Assembly: GCF_006345805.1 (NCBI RefSeq)
Contig: NW_021836165.1
Coordinates: 1-64,000 of the forward strand
DNA from: Octopus sinensis
Taxonomy: Eukaryota
Direction: 5' to 3'
DNA: 64,000 bases
The notes beneath the pieces are model-generated. The model worked only from the letters and a program-made list of their open reading frames with translations. It had not been told where the DNA came from and ran no database searches. A program made the translations under genes and the position numbers. Shown here one piece after another: positions 37,950 to 51,750 of this stretch (positions within the stretch are counted from its first letter, which is position 1; every line of letters starts with the position of its first letter).

Positions 37950-39900
37950 ATGAGAAATTTGAATTAAAAAGTAAAAAAAATAGTTACTTGAAAATAAATT
38001 TTTTCCAATTATTTATATACAAATATATTTTAAATTCAGAATTTAAATTTTTAGAAAAATGATAATAAATTTTAATAACAAAATTATTCAAATGCATTAC
38101 GAATTTTGTTCTAATACTGTTAACATAGAAAAGCTAATGACTCATGAAAAAAAAGTTTGGGGAGATAAAGTATATTGTCTATTTTCAAATTTTTATAGAA
38201 TATTATAACATTTTGTTTATCATTCAAGAATATTTCAGAAAGATTTGAGCCATTATGCCACAAATTTCGAATAAAGAATTGGTGTGAAATTTTCAAGATT
38301 AAAAAAACAAAAATTAAACCTCATAATGAACTAAATAAATTCGAGATTAATAATAATACAAGTATTTTTACATATACTTAATTTTAGAGATAATTCCTCC
38401 CTATTTTTGTATTTATGAAGACAGACATGACTTAGTAAACTTTGTTCTCAGTGAATTTTCAGCACACAGCCCAATTCAACTCAATTCAAACATTCCATTT
38501 TTGTTCGTTTTTTAATATTTATTTAGAAAAAATATTGTTTCGATATTATTACATTATTTTACTATTGATACATCCATATTTGTTTTAAAGAAACTAATAT
38601 CAAATCCAAAGTATATGTTTCCTTTATGTTATTATGACTGCGAACTTCTAAACAAAGCCTTTCATAATCTTCTTTACCGGAAATCAGTAATAATTACAGT
38701 TCAAAAAAATAGAACAAATATTTGCATATATTCAAAGAATTTAATGAGTTGAATTCTAGTTATACTGATTGGACAATTTTCATATTTAATCTGATTCCTT
38801 TTTCTTATCTGGTTTAATAAATAATTAATTTTTTAGTTAAGAGTAATTGATGCTTATTTTATGTATGGAGTAAAAATAATCTTCAAGTTTGGAATTTCAC
38901 TTTTTTTGATTTTTATTAATTCTGAAAGTAAAATATAAATTTATTAAAATCCAGAAAATGACTTTGAGATTGAACAAATGGAAATATTTTATAGTTCTTT
39001 TAAATTTCATGATCTATTTAAGGTTATTTCAACATATTTCTTACATTAAATTAGATTGCATATTCCTTGAAATTCACAGATGAAGACATTGAAAACGCAT
39101 TTGTTCAAGATAATACTATTTTGTTGAAATCAACTAAAATTGATTATATTGAAGAAAATATACAAAATCTAAATTCCAAATTATAAATGTCAATCAAGTG
39201 AATATTTATATTTATACTGCTTAGCTTAAAAAAACTATATTCACATATGCCATTTAGAATTGGCTGTAAATCTCCCCAGTTAAACTTCTGCACTGATGAC
39301 GATGGATGGAGTTTTCAAACTTTTTATAAAAAATTAAAATACATCAAGAGTCTATATTTTATTCAAAACTAATAAAACGAGGTAATTTGTCGAAAAATAA
39401 TGATTAAGAGCTTTGGGTTTTCAGTGGATGTAAATTAGATATTCTAATGACTGAAAAGTGTTTATCAGGGAAATGGAGAGAAACTTTCGTGTTTAGACTA
39501 AATCCAAATTTTTCTGTACATCATGGTCAGAAATAGAGAGTAATCAATGTTTTTTGTCTTGAATTCTGAATATTTTTCTGTAGGCGATGGGTTTGAATAT
39601 TAGTTTTCACAATTAGTTCTATTGAAGCTATTTTTATTTTTAATGATCTACTTTCGGGAACTACTCATAGTTGTCTTACGTTCAATAATCCTCCATTGGC
39701 TTCAAATGAATTTTCATGTATTAAAATCGAAATTATTGGATTTAGTTAAAATACCATTTTTTGTTTTATTCTATATATTTTGACTAAAATAATAAGCATA
39801 TTTCGAACACATATAAAGTTCGTATCGTAAATACTGAAAAAAGAGAAAAAATGTAATTTAGAAACATCTGATATAAGAAAAAGACAAGAACTGTGTGGAA
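37950..39900 (+). CDS. putative divergent leucine-rich-repeat-like host gene (heavily frameshifted)
   Basis: Extended coding-like stretch with LxxLxL-type pieces (NELNSSYT, ICHLELA, LKYIKSLYF, KSVYQGNGEKLSCLD); no continuous ORF. Confidence 0.25.
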
Positions 39901-40144
39901 AATAAGGAATTTGTTCATCTTTTAAGTTTATTCAACGTGAAGAAGAACACCTCAATCGGAACTATTTTTATCGGTTCCTGAACGTTGTGTTGCGTTTTTT
40001 AAAAAGTCTCCTCATTGATTTCCAACCTGAATTTAATTTCTATCACTTAATTTTTGATATTTAGATCCCGTCGTTAAAGAATTCTGGTACTCTCCAGAGT
40101 TTTTCTATTTCAATACACAAGTTGACTAATAAATAAAACAATAA

Positions 40145-40640
40145 ACTAATTAAAGACTTCACGAGAAGCTCGACCAGCCTTGCGAATATCAAACCCATTC
40201 CCTTGGATGATTGACTTTCCAAGAGCCAAGATGACTCTCTTTAGTCGTGTCGTATTCTTGATATCCGTCAACCAAGCAAGCGAAGGAAACAAAGCGTCTT
40301 GGGGCCAAAGATGTCGAAGGACTGCAAGCGATTGGAGTAAAAATATGAATTTGAAAGGTGGCCGTACTTGCGATCCTCTGTCCGCCTCTACGTGTGCTGA
40401 GGATCGACAGCCGCCCGAATGTGTCTGAGCAGGTAGAATCTTAAATAAAAGATTTTTCCTGCACGTATGGAAACGTGGACAGGCCGTATAGGAGTTTGCC
40501 GTCTTCTTTATCCAGGCTCGAGGGAAATTGCGATGCTCAAAAAATTTTTGTCCATCAGATTCTCGATGGAAGACCGAGAGGAAGAGCCTTTCACCAAGCA
40601 CCACTGCCTTGACAGCGAACTCCAATGGAGACAAGCGAGT
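40145..40640 (-). mobile_element. CRE-clade non-LTR retrotransposon, 3' fragment
   Basis: EDGKLLYGLSTFPY...DSTCSDTF...HIFTPIAC...FDIFGPKTLCFLR...IQGNGFDI across frameshifts. Confidence 0.7.
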
Positions 40641-40779
40641 CGGTATTGATTGGAGACGGAAGCCAAGTCGTTGTATATTGATTTTCTGTTTTATTCTCGA
40701 AATTAACGTAAATAATAAAAAGATGTTAGATACAAAAAAAAAACAACTTTGTATATTTATCAGAAATTGTGGACTTCTT

Positions 40780-41125
40780 TGGAACTACGGGAAACGTTCT
40801 GACGGGTTGACTACGTTCCTTTTCAGGAGAGGTAGGTCATTTGTTTGGAACGTGACCTATTTGGATTCTTTTTCCGAAACGCTGTTGTCATAAACAGCAT
40901 GAGGAAGAGATTGAAATACATAGTTTTTTCTGGCGCTTACGAGTTCGTCCCCCTTGTTTTTGAGACCACTGGCGTGGTCGGTAAGGAGGCCTAGAGGTTG
41001 TTGCGTATGCTTGACAATAAAATTGCCTTGAAGAACCATGACCGGAGGGAGGCGAGCTGGCTCGGTATCTATTATACGTGGGAACTGCCTCTCGATCCGC
41101 AGTGCGTCTTCGTCGGACTAGTTTC
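40780..41125 (+). mobile_element. CRE-clade non-LTR retrotransposon, 3' fragment
   Basis: GKRSDGLTTFLFRRGRSFVWNVTYLDSF...FVPLVFETTGVVG...IIRGNCLSIRSASSSD*. Confidence 0.8.
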
Positions 41126-41499
41126 TGATTTCATTTTATTAAAAAATAAATATTGACATTAAAAAAATTAAATACTATTTAACTTTGATTCATCATTGCG
41201 GTCAATATATTAAGTCTATTAAAATGATAGACTTGTATGTTATCGTTAGTTTCAGTTTAAAACTATATTTGGTCTAAACTCCAAATTTATTCATAAAATA
41301 AGCATTCATTTAAAATAAGCATGTAATCAAATATAATTTCTAGTCAAAATTGAAATGACCTCAATTATCCAATAAGGAATCACGATCCTTTTGTCGTCAA
41401 TATATTACTAGATAAATAAAAGTATACAAAGAGTTTAATAATGAATTTGTATTTGAAGATTATTTTTGATTTTTTATTGGATAAAATATGATTAGTTAT

Positions 41500-44400
41500 T
41501 TCCTAAACTTAGTCCAAAGAATATTGACTCTATTAAAAATGTCGCCGGCAATTTGACTAACTCACGTTCTCAGGCACAAGAAAGCGGTTTTTAATTTTCC
41601 AGCAAATATTTAGCCGACGATGAAGACTATTTTGGTATAGTCTCTAACCATGGGCTGTACCTTTCCTATCAACTTCTCAGATTTGTTGAGATCAAAAAAC
41701 TTCAGCGAAAAGTTATATTTTATTTAAATATTTCAGTGTCTTGGGATTTTAAACTATTTCATGTCTGTAGAACGAATCATCACAATTTCAGACTCCTGCG
41801 TGGTCGTGGGTGAGGACAAAGTTTATAGTACATGGTTTGTAGTTACCGAGTGCTCATTTGTAGTACAACTGGCCGTAAAAATAATGAACACAGATTAGAA
41901 ACATTTGATTACCTTTATGACTCGCCTCTTGACTACATGTGTTTTTAATAATAAACCGAATGAGTAGGGTACATGAAGTAGATTTTATGGAATTTTCTGA
42001 CATCAAAAGTCACTTTGACTTTTATGTGGAACAGGATGGGGTTCTCCACACTGTTGATTCGCGTGGGATGTACGTAGTATACGACGAGGCAATCAAAATC
42101 AACAAGTATTGTAAATAACTCTAAAAATAAAGTAAACTCCAAAAAGAGCTTTTGTCAGTAGCTTCTTACTATTTGAGAGAAAATATTCAATTCACAGAGA
42201 CAGAAAAATTCGGTACGCGTTTAAACATTATGCAGATGAGTCCTCATATTGTGGAGGAGTTTGAGAGAATTGATCGATTCGAGATTTTATACGACATTTG
42301 GCAGTGTGAATGGAAGTACTTACAAAGCAAATTGAAAGTTAAAAACGTTCGAGTATATGTTAGCTCGTCGATTTCTTCTTTGAAGTCCTTCTCAACTCAT
42401 TAGACAAAAAAGTTATTAACAAACTCAATCAAACGATAATTGACAAAATATATGAACGACCCCGTTTTGACGGAGAAGAAGAATATTTCAAACAAATTTA
42501 CGATATAGAAGAAGAGTGCAACGAGAGGTATTATCGGTTGATGGTCGGGATTGGTCTTGATCTGGTTAGATGCTGAGATTAAAAGTATTTAGGTAAAAGG
42601 ACAAAGACGCTTTGACTCAATGTTCAAAGACTCAGCCAGTTTATTAGGAATCAACTCTAGATCAAGCAAATTTGAGGACGACCTTGTGTCAATAAATTAT
42701 GGAAGGTAGTGTTTATCCGTTTTTTCTGGCCCGCCATATGTCCATTTCATTTTTGTGAGTTTCAGGAGAGTTTAGCTGGGTTTTTGAATGTGGAAGAATC
42801 GTTCTGCTTGTTAAAACTTGTAAAATGAATTGCCTATAAAATAGGATTTAGAAAAGCCCATTTCTAAAGATTCAATTCGTTTTCTACAAGCACATATCAG
42901 TATAATAAAAGAAATGCAGTCACTGTGGAGTAACTGTGATTTATACGAAGGATCCATAACCAACATTTCAACTAATGTTTACTTAATTATTTATCCAGGT
43001 CTTTAACCCTATTCTTGACAATCCAATATTTGTCGGTAATTTTGCTGCTAAAATATTTAACGAAAAATCAAAAGAATGGTTAAGGTTAATTTGCAATCTA
43101 TTAGAGGTTAGAGACTTGTTTTACCTCTAGAGAATCAAAATCAGGGACAACTTTATAAAACTAATTCAAGAAAAATACGTGCTGATGAAAGTTTAGCTTA
43201 CATTATTTTATCTTAGGATTACAAGGAAAACCTTCTGGCAAGTAAAATAGACGAATACCATCTCTACATGCGATACGTGCAGTTTGATTACTACTCAGAT
43301 GGTCAGAAAAACGGCGGAAAAGACGAGATTGACCAGTATTTGACTTAGCTTAATTTTGTAGATATTCCCAAGAAGGTAGGTAGGTCTTTGCATGAGGAAA
43401 TCGACAACGTCCACCTAAACAGTTTCGACCTTACTACGGTCGAGGGAATAAAAAATGTATTTAGAAATATAAAATGTTTTAGCTAATTTTTACCTCGGAT
43501 TTAGAGAATATGAGATCTGCCGAGTTGGTCGAGACAGTCAACTGCAATTTGCTATATGCCGCTCTATTATACATGAAGACTTTTTCCTCTAAAAGTGAAA
43601 AGAGAAAATCGTAAAAGTAAATTTGATATGAAATAGAATTTTTGGAATGTATGATGCCTTTTCTTCTAAAAATGGTAATGATAGCTCGGAGATGACTTCT
43701 TTCAAAATTAAAAATTTAAACCCATCAAGCAATATCTTTTACAAATTTCTAGAATTTATTTCAATTCAACTTCTAAAGGTTAGTTGTAAATAATTATAAA
43801 CAAAATTAGAGACCCATAAGAGACAAAATGTTACAGGATTTTGCAATAAATTGCAAACAAAAGGGGATCATTATGAGCAATGTCGAAGAATTGCAAAAGA
43901 ATAAAAGGTATATCAAAAATACCGGATTTTAGGAATTTTGTTATCATTTTTTGCAGCTCGTTGCAGGAAAGAGTAGATGAACTTCTCCTTAGATCAGGAA
44001 TTTGCACATTTTATCAGGAAATTTATGAATTACTTGAAGACTTTGTGGCCATTAGGTTGATGTATTTTATTTTTATTTTAAAGAAATGGGTATTTTTCAA
44101 CACATAGTGAGTCGGAAGACAACCAAAGTGAAGAAAATAACAAAATCTGGTTAAAATAAAATATTTATTCAGCAGGAATACAAGAGAAAATTCAGTCATT
44201 TCTCCCTGTGGAAATAAAATTGGGAATATATTTTATTTGCCAGATATTCCTGAAATATTAAATTTATATCAAAATAATCTAAAAAAAAAAGATTTGCTTG
44301 AGAAACATTTTCAATTGATTGGAAATCTTTATGGACTTGTGAGTTATCTGTGCATTCTGACAACATTCAAAAAACATTTATTCACTAAGTATAAGAATAG

Positions 44401-47400
44401 GAACGAAGTAAATTTTGCTACTTGGGGAGGGCAAACAGAAATTGGTAGATAGTTAAAAAATGAATTTTTATAGGAAAAAATTTGCATGAACTACAAAGAT
44501 CAATCGACCAATTAAGGTTGAAAGAAAATTCCATCTCAAAAACAATCGAATTATTTTTATTATTATTATTATTAGAACCAAGATCACCGTCCAAAACATA
44601 AAACATTTAATCAGGTGATCCGGCTTATCTGAGGAGGGTCCTCAGCTTTGCCGGTGCTCCTCCCTTGTCCCGGCACAATTCTGTGAGGGCGCGGCGCGTG
44701 GTGTTTTAGGCCCTGTAGCCCCGAGGTTTCTTCTCAAGATTTATTAAATGGGGCGATGAGTAGATGTTCGTTGGTCCCTGCAGTGCTTTTCGGAAGCGAT
44801 CTTGAGTTTCTCGATTTTAGTGCGGTTCGTTCCACTGATAAACCCTCCCACGCCTCACAAAGCATAGTAAGGGAGGGTTCGATGAATTGCCGGTATAAGG
44901 CTTCGTGCGGGAAGAAGCTGATAACTGTCTGCATTACGAAGAAACATTTCAAGATGTTCAGTTTCTTCATGCACCTCGTAGTAATATTATCGACTTGTTG
45001 AGAGAAACACATATGACTGTCGAAGTCATCCGAGGATTTTCTGAGATTTTTTGAAACGGGATTTCCATGTTATTTAGGTACAGGTTCATCACCGTTTTAC
45101 CAAGCTTCCTTGCTGAGGTCATAAGCGTGGTGACGATTTTTCCGGACTCGAGGAAATATCATTTTCCTAAACACTAAACGTCCTTCAATCTCATTAAGGA
45201 AGATTTATCAGGAAATCAAGTTACAATTCCGTTTTTATATTTATAAATGATTCAACAGATACTGGCCCAAAAAATGGATATCATTAAATTCGTCTGAGCG
45301 AATTGAAGAAATTGTCTTATTTTAAATGTAAGTTAGAATAAATAACATGTAGGGGAATCAAAACAAATCCTGAAAAACGTAGGACATCATACTTATTATC
45401 ATTTGAAATGTCTTTTTTTATGGATTCCAACGTATCTCGAGGTCTGTTATAGTTAGTTTTATACATTTATTAGAGAAAAGTTGCATGGAGTCATCACAAG
45501 CGTGTTTATACTTCTTGATGAATTGCTTAAACATGGAAATACGATAGGAACATGTCTTAGTCTTTTTGATGATAATCCCAAACTTGTTAAGTCACTGACA
45601 TTGGAAGATCAAGAGTCATTCAGTGATCAGTTTTGGACAAACAATAGTCACAGTTTACTTAAAAAGCCCTGCGCTTTGGACAAAGTCGTTAATTCAATTG
45701 AAAGCCTTTATTTACAAAAGATTTTTCCTCTGATGGCTTTGAAACAGATGAAACTTAGAAAACGCTGGCTTTTTTACAGAAATGCGAGCATTGTAACATT
45801 CCTACCAGACGAGTAGATTTGAAAAAAATTGTTAAAAATTAGGAATATTTACGAACGTGAAATAAGAGAACCTATATTTGCTCTCATCCCCACTTCTAAA
45901 AAAATCAATAACCACGGATTCTTCAGTTTGTATCCAAACCAAACCGCAGACAACATTTCGTCATTCGAACTACTTTTTAAATCAAAAGAAGTATACATTA
46001 ATCAATAAAATTTCAAGATTTTAGTCTTATTGGAGAGGTTGGAGTGTCTGTGTATAGAGGAAATAACCAAAAGAATCCAAAAACAGTTCGTATTAGCATT
46101 AGCGGAAAAGCAGCGAAGCGAAGAGACTCTTCCAGTTGATTTATGGAGAAAGAAAGTTAAGCTGTAAATATTTATACATTTAGGGCGTCGAAGAAACCCT
46201 AACACTAAATCGACCTAATATTATCGAAAAATTGTGCGAGAAAGTGTTATTAATAGCAAAGACCGATGAACAGAATCAATTGGTTATAAGCCAAAGTGAA
46301 TTAACAAACATTCTCCAAGATGCTAAAAGTCAAGTTTTTAAAAGAGAAAGAGAGAATTTTGAAAGGTAAGGATATTTTTAAATATCTGTAAGTTATACAG
46401 CATACTACCAGACATTGTTGAATTATCACAACATTTTATTGCAGTCAAGAGAACAAGTTCTTATTTTATAACCTTTTTACTATAAAGGAGATTAGCAAAT
46501 TAAGATACGAACTAAATTTAAGAGAAGCTTCCTCTAAGACGGAAGCACTGCTTAGTCTTGCCACATTGACACACTCTCAGATATTAGGTTTGTACTAATT
46601 GATTTAAAATAGAAAATAACTCTTTGAGGTTCCGAATTGACTATTTGGAGACAAAGCTTAAGTCCACTCGACAAATGGTGGAGAGCGAGTTTTCCGAACA
46701 TTACGGAATGGCTGTGAATAGGCTTCTAAACGCATATAATAATCAATCTGCTGCTCTAAATATATATACGTGAGTTCTAATAGTTCATTATAGATTGGAT
46801 TATGAAGAAGAAATACTCAAAAGTATCAAAGAATGTCGTTCAGAAGGGCTAAATATTATCATGAAAATGAAAGTACAGCCGAGTGGTATGCTTTCGTGAG
46901 CTAACAATTGCAGTCAGTTCTATAGAGGAACAGCCGACGGACAATATGGCAGTGGAGCTTGCTGATGGCAAAAAAACTGATGAGATTCTCCGGACTGTAA
47001 ATAAGTGGATAGTTTTTCATAACGAACACAAAAAACAGAGAAAAGTAAAAGAAGAGGCTGTTTATTTAGATGTTTGAATTGGAAAGAGAACTAAAAAAAA
47101 TAAAAATGAGTCATCTTAAAGCACAAATGGTGAAAAATAACGAGGACGAATACTATCGAGGAATGTTTCAATTGATAGAAATTGAAGAAAATAAAAACTA
47201 CCATCTTTCCATGCAGCTTGCTAAAAACGTATAGCGGTCAAAAATTGACTTTATTTCTAAAATTTACGTCGAATTATTAGAGTCAAAGACCAAAGAGGCG
47301 AAAATTCAAGCTGAGGGACTAAAACAGTTGGATGCATTAAAAAATCAAAATTACAAAAATATGGTATTATTTATCCAGAATGATATTGTAGAAAGAAGAA

Positions 47401-47830
47401 CTGATTGCGAAAGAGCAAGAACTTTCAAAAAGAAATCACGCAATTCAGGAAATGTCACAGCGATATCATTCAGAGATTTCAAATTATAAAAAGGAAGAAA
47501 AATTTGCAAAAGAACGGATTAAAAAAGAGTCTTCTCTTAAACTTCGTTCATTAATGAAGTAGTAAAACAACTAAAAGAACAGGTAATGACAAATTAATGT
47601 ATAAAGATTTATGGTGTGGAAAATAGATCGGTTACATTCTGTTCTCTTCCCAGTAGAAACAACACTCCAAGTTCAGGTGAAGTTACAAATATAATGAAAC
47701 AGGATATGCAAGTCTGCGCTCAGTGTTGAAGCAGCCACAAAGCACTTTTCATGGATCGAACGCATACTCTTTGAGAAGAGTGCAGAGTGCCAGATACGAC
47801 TCGAGGAATAAGACTTTAAAGAAGATTGAA
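41500..47830 (+). CDS. large multi-exon coiled-coil protein, CCDC162-like; boundaries approximate
   Basis: Exonic pieces VDSRGMYVVYDEAIK, ELLSVASYYL, DRFEILYDIWQCEWKYLQSK, IYERPRFD..EYF and a long C-terminal coiled coil match my recollection of CCDC162/DUF4549 proteins. Many short GT-AG introns. Not verified by search. Confidence 0.5.
44555..45190 (-). mobile_element. I-group (Ingi/Vingi-like) LINE 3' fragment inside an intron of the CCDC162-like gene
   Basis: FDSHMCFSQQVDNITTRCMKKLNILK...YRQFIEP...EAW parallels 19600-19800; (TAA)n tail at ~44555-44577. Confidence 0.7.
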
Positions 47831-48199
47831 TAATGCAAAATTTAGAGTTCAATATTATACTTAAAAATAATAAAATAACAGTAAATAAATAGTTGGATAT
47901 TTTAATTTACCGAGATTTGGGATTATATGGTTTGGGATATTTTATTTTCTCACTTTTTTCTCATTTTCACTTTAATCCCTAAACATCGACAGGCAAAGTT
48001 CTTTGACAAGAGAATCAGGTCATATCGTTTGTTAGCTATTTAATACATATGGGATTATTTAGACTGTTGTTTGCTAGAATCTTAGTTTATCAGAATTTTA
48101 TGTTCAAAATATTCGAATATGTGGATTAATAATAATCAAACTAATTCTTCAACTTCTTCCTCAAATAATTTCCTATTTATCGAGATTTTGTCGAACACA

Positions 48200-49870
48200 T
48201 GATGGAAAGCGTGGACTTTTTACTAAAAATTTTTATTTATCTTTGTCAAGTAATTTTATTTGTATTAATTTAAATACACATGTTTTAGGTTTTACGTCGT
48301 TTGTGTTGTTGTGTGTTAAACTTGTTATCGTGATATAAAATTGCAACTTCATTAAAAAAAAAATTCTCTCATTCGAAATTCATTAAAAAAATAAATAAAT
48401 TAGACGACAGCGGTCAGAGTCCTCTGCACTGCGCAGTCCGATCATATAACGTTGAGGCAATCGATGTGCTCCTTCTTCACGGGGCTGGTTATATTTTTAT
48501 TTTGAATAAAGATGTAAATTGCCGGGGAGAGGCTTGATAACCATCCTATTTCGATATGTAGAAATAAATTCTTATAACTTGCTTCCATTTCATCACATAA
48601 AGAATTACGAATTCTAGAATTTTTAGATCGAGTTTTATATAATTGATCATTTTTATCAAATCATCCATAACTGATTTTTAGATCGAGTTTTATATAATTG
48701 ATCATTTTTTTCAAATCATCCAAAACTGATTTCAAAGCAGACGGACGAGTTTTCAAAACCAATACATCACGATGTAAAAAACAATATTATTATTATTAAA
48801 AGCACTCCCGAGAAGTCATAAAACTAATTAAGCTTTCCTTGTGCCGCGTGAACAACAATACTGTCCCACAGCAGTTTCGAGTTTCCTTCCAATAATTTTG
48901 AGATCCTAATTTAGCACCGACAAATTCGAAAAATGGTTTCTCACTATGAACACCGAAAAAACCGAATATATATCCTTAAGCCAATCGGAAAGACGCACTG
49001 ATAAATCATGGAGAAAGCAAAAAAAATTGGGAACGCTCCTGGGAGACACAGAGGATGTTACCCGAAGGAAAATCCTTTCAAATGGAGCCTTTAGAAAGCT
49101 TATGTCTTTATGCGAAACTAAAAAGAAGCTAACTGAAAAACGAAAATAAGGATATACAACTCGTTTGTATTGGAAAGACAAAATCCTTACATACAACTGT
49201 GGAACCTGGGGACTCACAAAACTGGAAAATCAGAAACTAGACAGTTCATAGATCTCAATTACGTGCAGCACTCAGCATCCGCTACCCGCAGAAGATCTTA
49301 GATCGAAATCCTGAAATCACGATGGAGGCTATTTGGCGACATTCTGCGGATGGACGTCGCCAGTCCTGCTAACATTGCTATGGAAACATATTTCATGCAA
49401 TGCGGAGACGCATTCCGAGAAAGACCAAAAACAATATGTAGAAAGTATTTAATTATTTGTGCTTTTAGTAAAGAAACTGAATTTAATTATATAAAACAGA
49501 ATATACAAGTTCATTAAGTCTTCCAGACATAGATGGATTAATAGAATTATTAACACGCACTACACATTCTTTTTGCTTAATTCTTTAAATTAATCAATTG
49601 AATAATCTTTATATTCCGGATGGGTAGATAAAAAATGTCTTCAAAGTTTAGAAAGAACTATTGATTCATTTGAAAACATCTCCATTCAAATAAGACACTG
49701 TGATGAACTATTTTCAGTGCCACAACATTCAAAACCCATAGATAAAAAAGATGATTTGTAATTGAACAAACGACGTTTGAGAGACATAACAAATAGCAAC
49801 GTGATTATAATTATTCACAGGACAACTGTTATGCCAGATATGGTACACTAAAAATTCATATAAATAGAAA
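48200..49870 (+). CDS. ankyrin-repeat protein gene (extent uncertain; RTE insertion within)
   Basis: DDSGQSPLHCAVRSYNVEAIDVLLLHGA|DVNC with a 24-nt GT-AG intron (48488-48511) restoring the ankyrin consensus; further exon-like sequence at ~49615-49870. Confidence 0.6.
48620..48729. repeat. 55-bp direct tandem duplication
   Basis: GATCGAG occurs at 48626 and 48681; the two units differ at only a few positions. Confidence 0.9.
48830..49440 (+). mobile_element. RTE-clade LINE fragment (post-RT region)
   Basis: MNTEKTEY...KKLGTLLGDTEDVTRRKILSNGAFRKL...LTYNCGTWGLT; same family type as 5000-5855. Confidence 0.75.
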
Positions 49871-50099
49871 TAAAAAACTTTAAAATTAAAATTAATACAA
49901 CGCATAACCTATGTTTCGCAAATATGCTTTCTGAATAGAAAAATTTGGATGAAACATGAATTTTTTCCCAAAACCTACTACGTGTTAAAATATGAGTTTT
50001 AAATTATAGCAACTATTATTAATTTTGGCTTATCATATTTTTTTTATTAATAATTAGTCCTTTTTTTTTAATAAAAAAAAATTTTAAAAGCCTCTTATT

Positions 50100-51750
50100 A
50101 GTTTAAACGTTTTCTATCAAGAATCACAAAAAAGAAGGATCATTCCCAATTTTAATAAGCGTGAACATGTATTTTCTCATACATGTCATGTCTCATTGTA
50201 TTGTACTACAAAATCGTCTGTTGCACAATTGTGTATTTCACCATATCTAATCCATCATAAAGTGGATATTGTCGTTTGTTAGCGTCCTATTTGCCTAAAT
50301 TATGGTTATATCCCAAATACCTTAAGATACTATCTCTCTACACTAAAAGTAGCCTGTATACTTCCATTTTCTTCTCTGAGCCATTATCACTGCAACAGAC
50401 TATTTAATACGATTCATTTTTAGTTTCCAAATATTCTATGTTCATCATTTTGCAATAACAATGATTCTAGTTCTCTTTGATGTTTCAATAGGATATTTAT
50501 GCCCATAATAGATTAAATGGGACTTTTTTGTGGTGGAATGGACAGTATGTTAGATCAAAAACAATGTCTTTGATTATATCGCAATAGGTCCAAAACATTA
50601 ACAGAGTAATTTTAGAGGAAACCATTGATACTCTGATTTAGTCTAAAGAATAATGTTATATTACAATTTCACCTGTCCCTGTACCCAAGGAGCCATGGTC
50701 GTCCACGGACATGTTTAATTTGTACTTTTCACATAAACGGGGCGACAGGTCATTGCAAAATTCTTCATTGTCTGTATGCAAGATCAATGTGGCCCAATAT
50801 AATAAAAGATGTTCTGAAATAAACGAAGCAATTTCAGGAGCTTTTGGTAAAAGGATAACTAACTATCGCCGATTTCGAAAAGAATCGACAGTACAAGAAA
50901 TCTAATCTTATATAGCCAAAGTACCAGTTAAAGAATCATTAATATTGAATACTCCTTAGGTCCATAAATCGGCGAATATACCGATCGGCGACTCCGCCTG
51001 CAATGATCGGGCGTAACGGGGGGTTATACCAATGATTTTTGGACTAAAAAATAATAAAAAAAAACTTAAAACCTGGCAAGGAATACTCTTTAGACACGAT
51101 TGATCTTGCACGTGATATTCCGTGTATAGCGCGCCCAATTTGAAACAACGGTATCGACCAAAATGATTCAAATTGTTCAGCCAATTGAAACTAACATTTA
51201 TTATGCAAACTTCAAATATTTATTCTTTAAGTTCAGTTCATCGCTGCAGGAAAAATTAATTTAAGTCATCTTTAGTGAATATATGGAGCTCCATCCAAAA
51301 AACAAATTTATTCTAATTTCAGTATCGTGATCTTTGATCGCGAAAGCGTCATGCTGACGAATACGAGCTCGATTGCTCTTAAGTTCCTTAAGTAATTTCT
51401 AAGTCTTCTTGTACTTGCATAAACCATTTTTAACGGTGTATTTGTATTTAAAAAAACCATCAATATTTTTTTAAAAATTTATAAGTTTTCTTTGATTCAT
51501 ATGAAATATACCAAAGGATCATGTTTAAGTTTTTCCAATGACAATTTGATGTTGGTAACATATCGGCGGGTAGTAAACAGTTGGGCCTTGACATAATTAT
51601 TAGTATTGTTTATAATAAATAATTTTAAAATAAAAATTAAAAAATGGTAAATATAAATCTTCACGCGGAGAGTGGTTGAAAACATCTGATTTATATAGGT
51701 AATATTCAATACGCGGCTGGTCAGTGTCATTAGGCTTTTAATAAAGCTAC
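50100..51750 (-). CDS. putative intron-containing host gene of unknown function
   Basis: Exon-like, less AT-rich stretches separated by short GT-AG AT-rich spacers (e.g. about 51046-51073); no family recognised. Confidence 0.25.
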
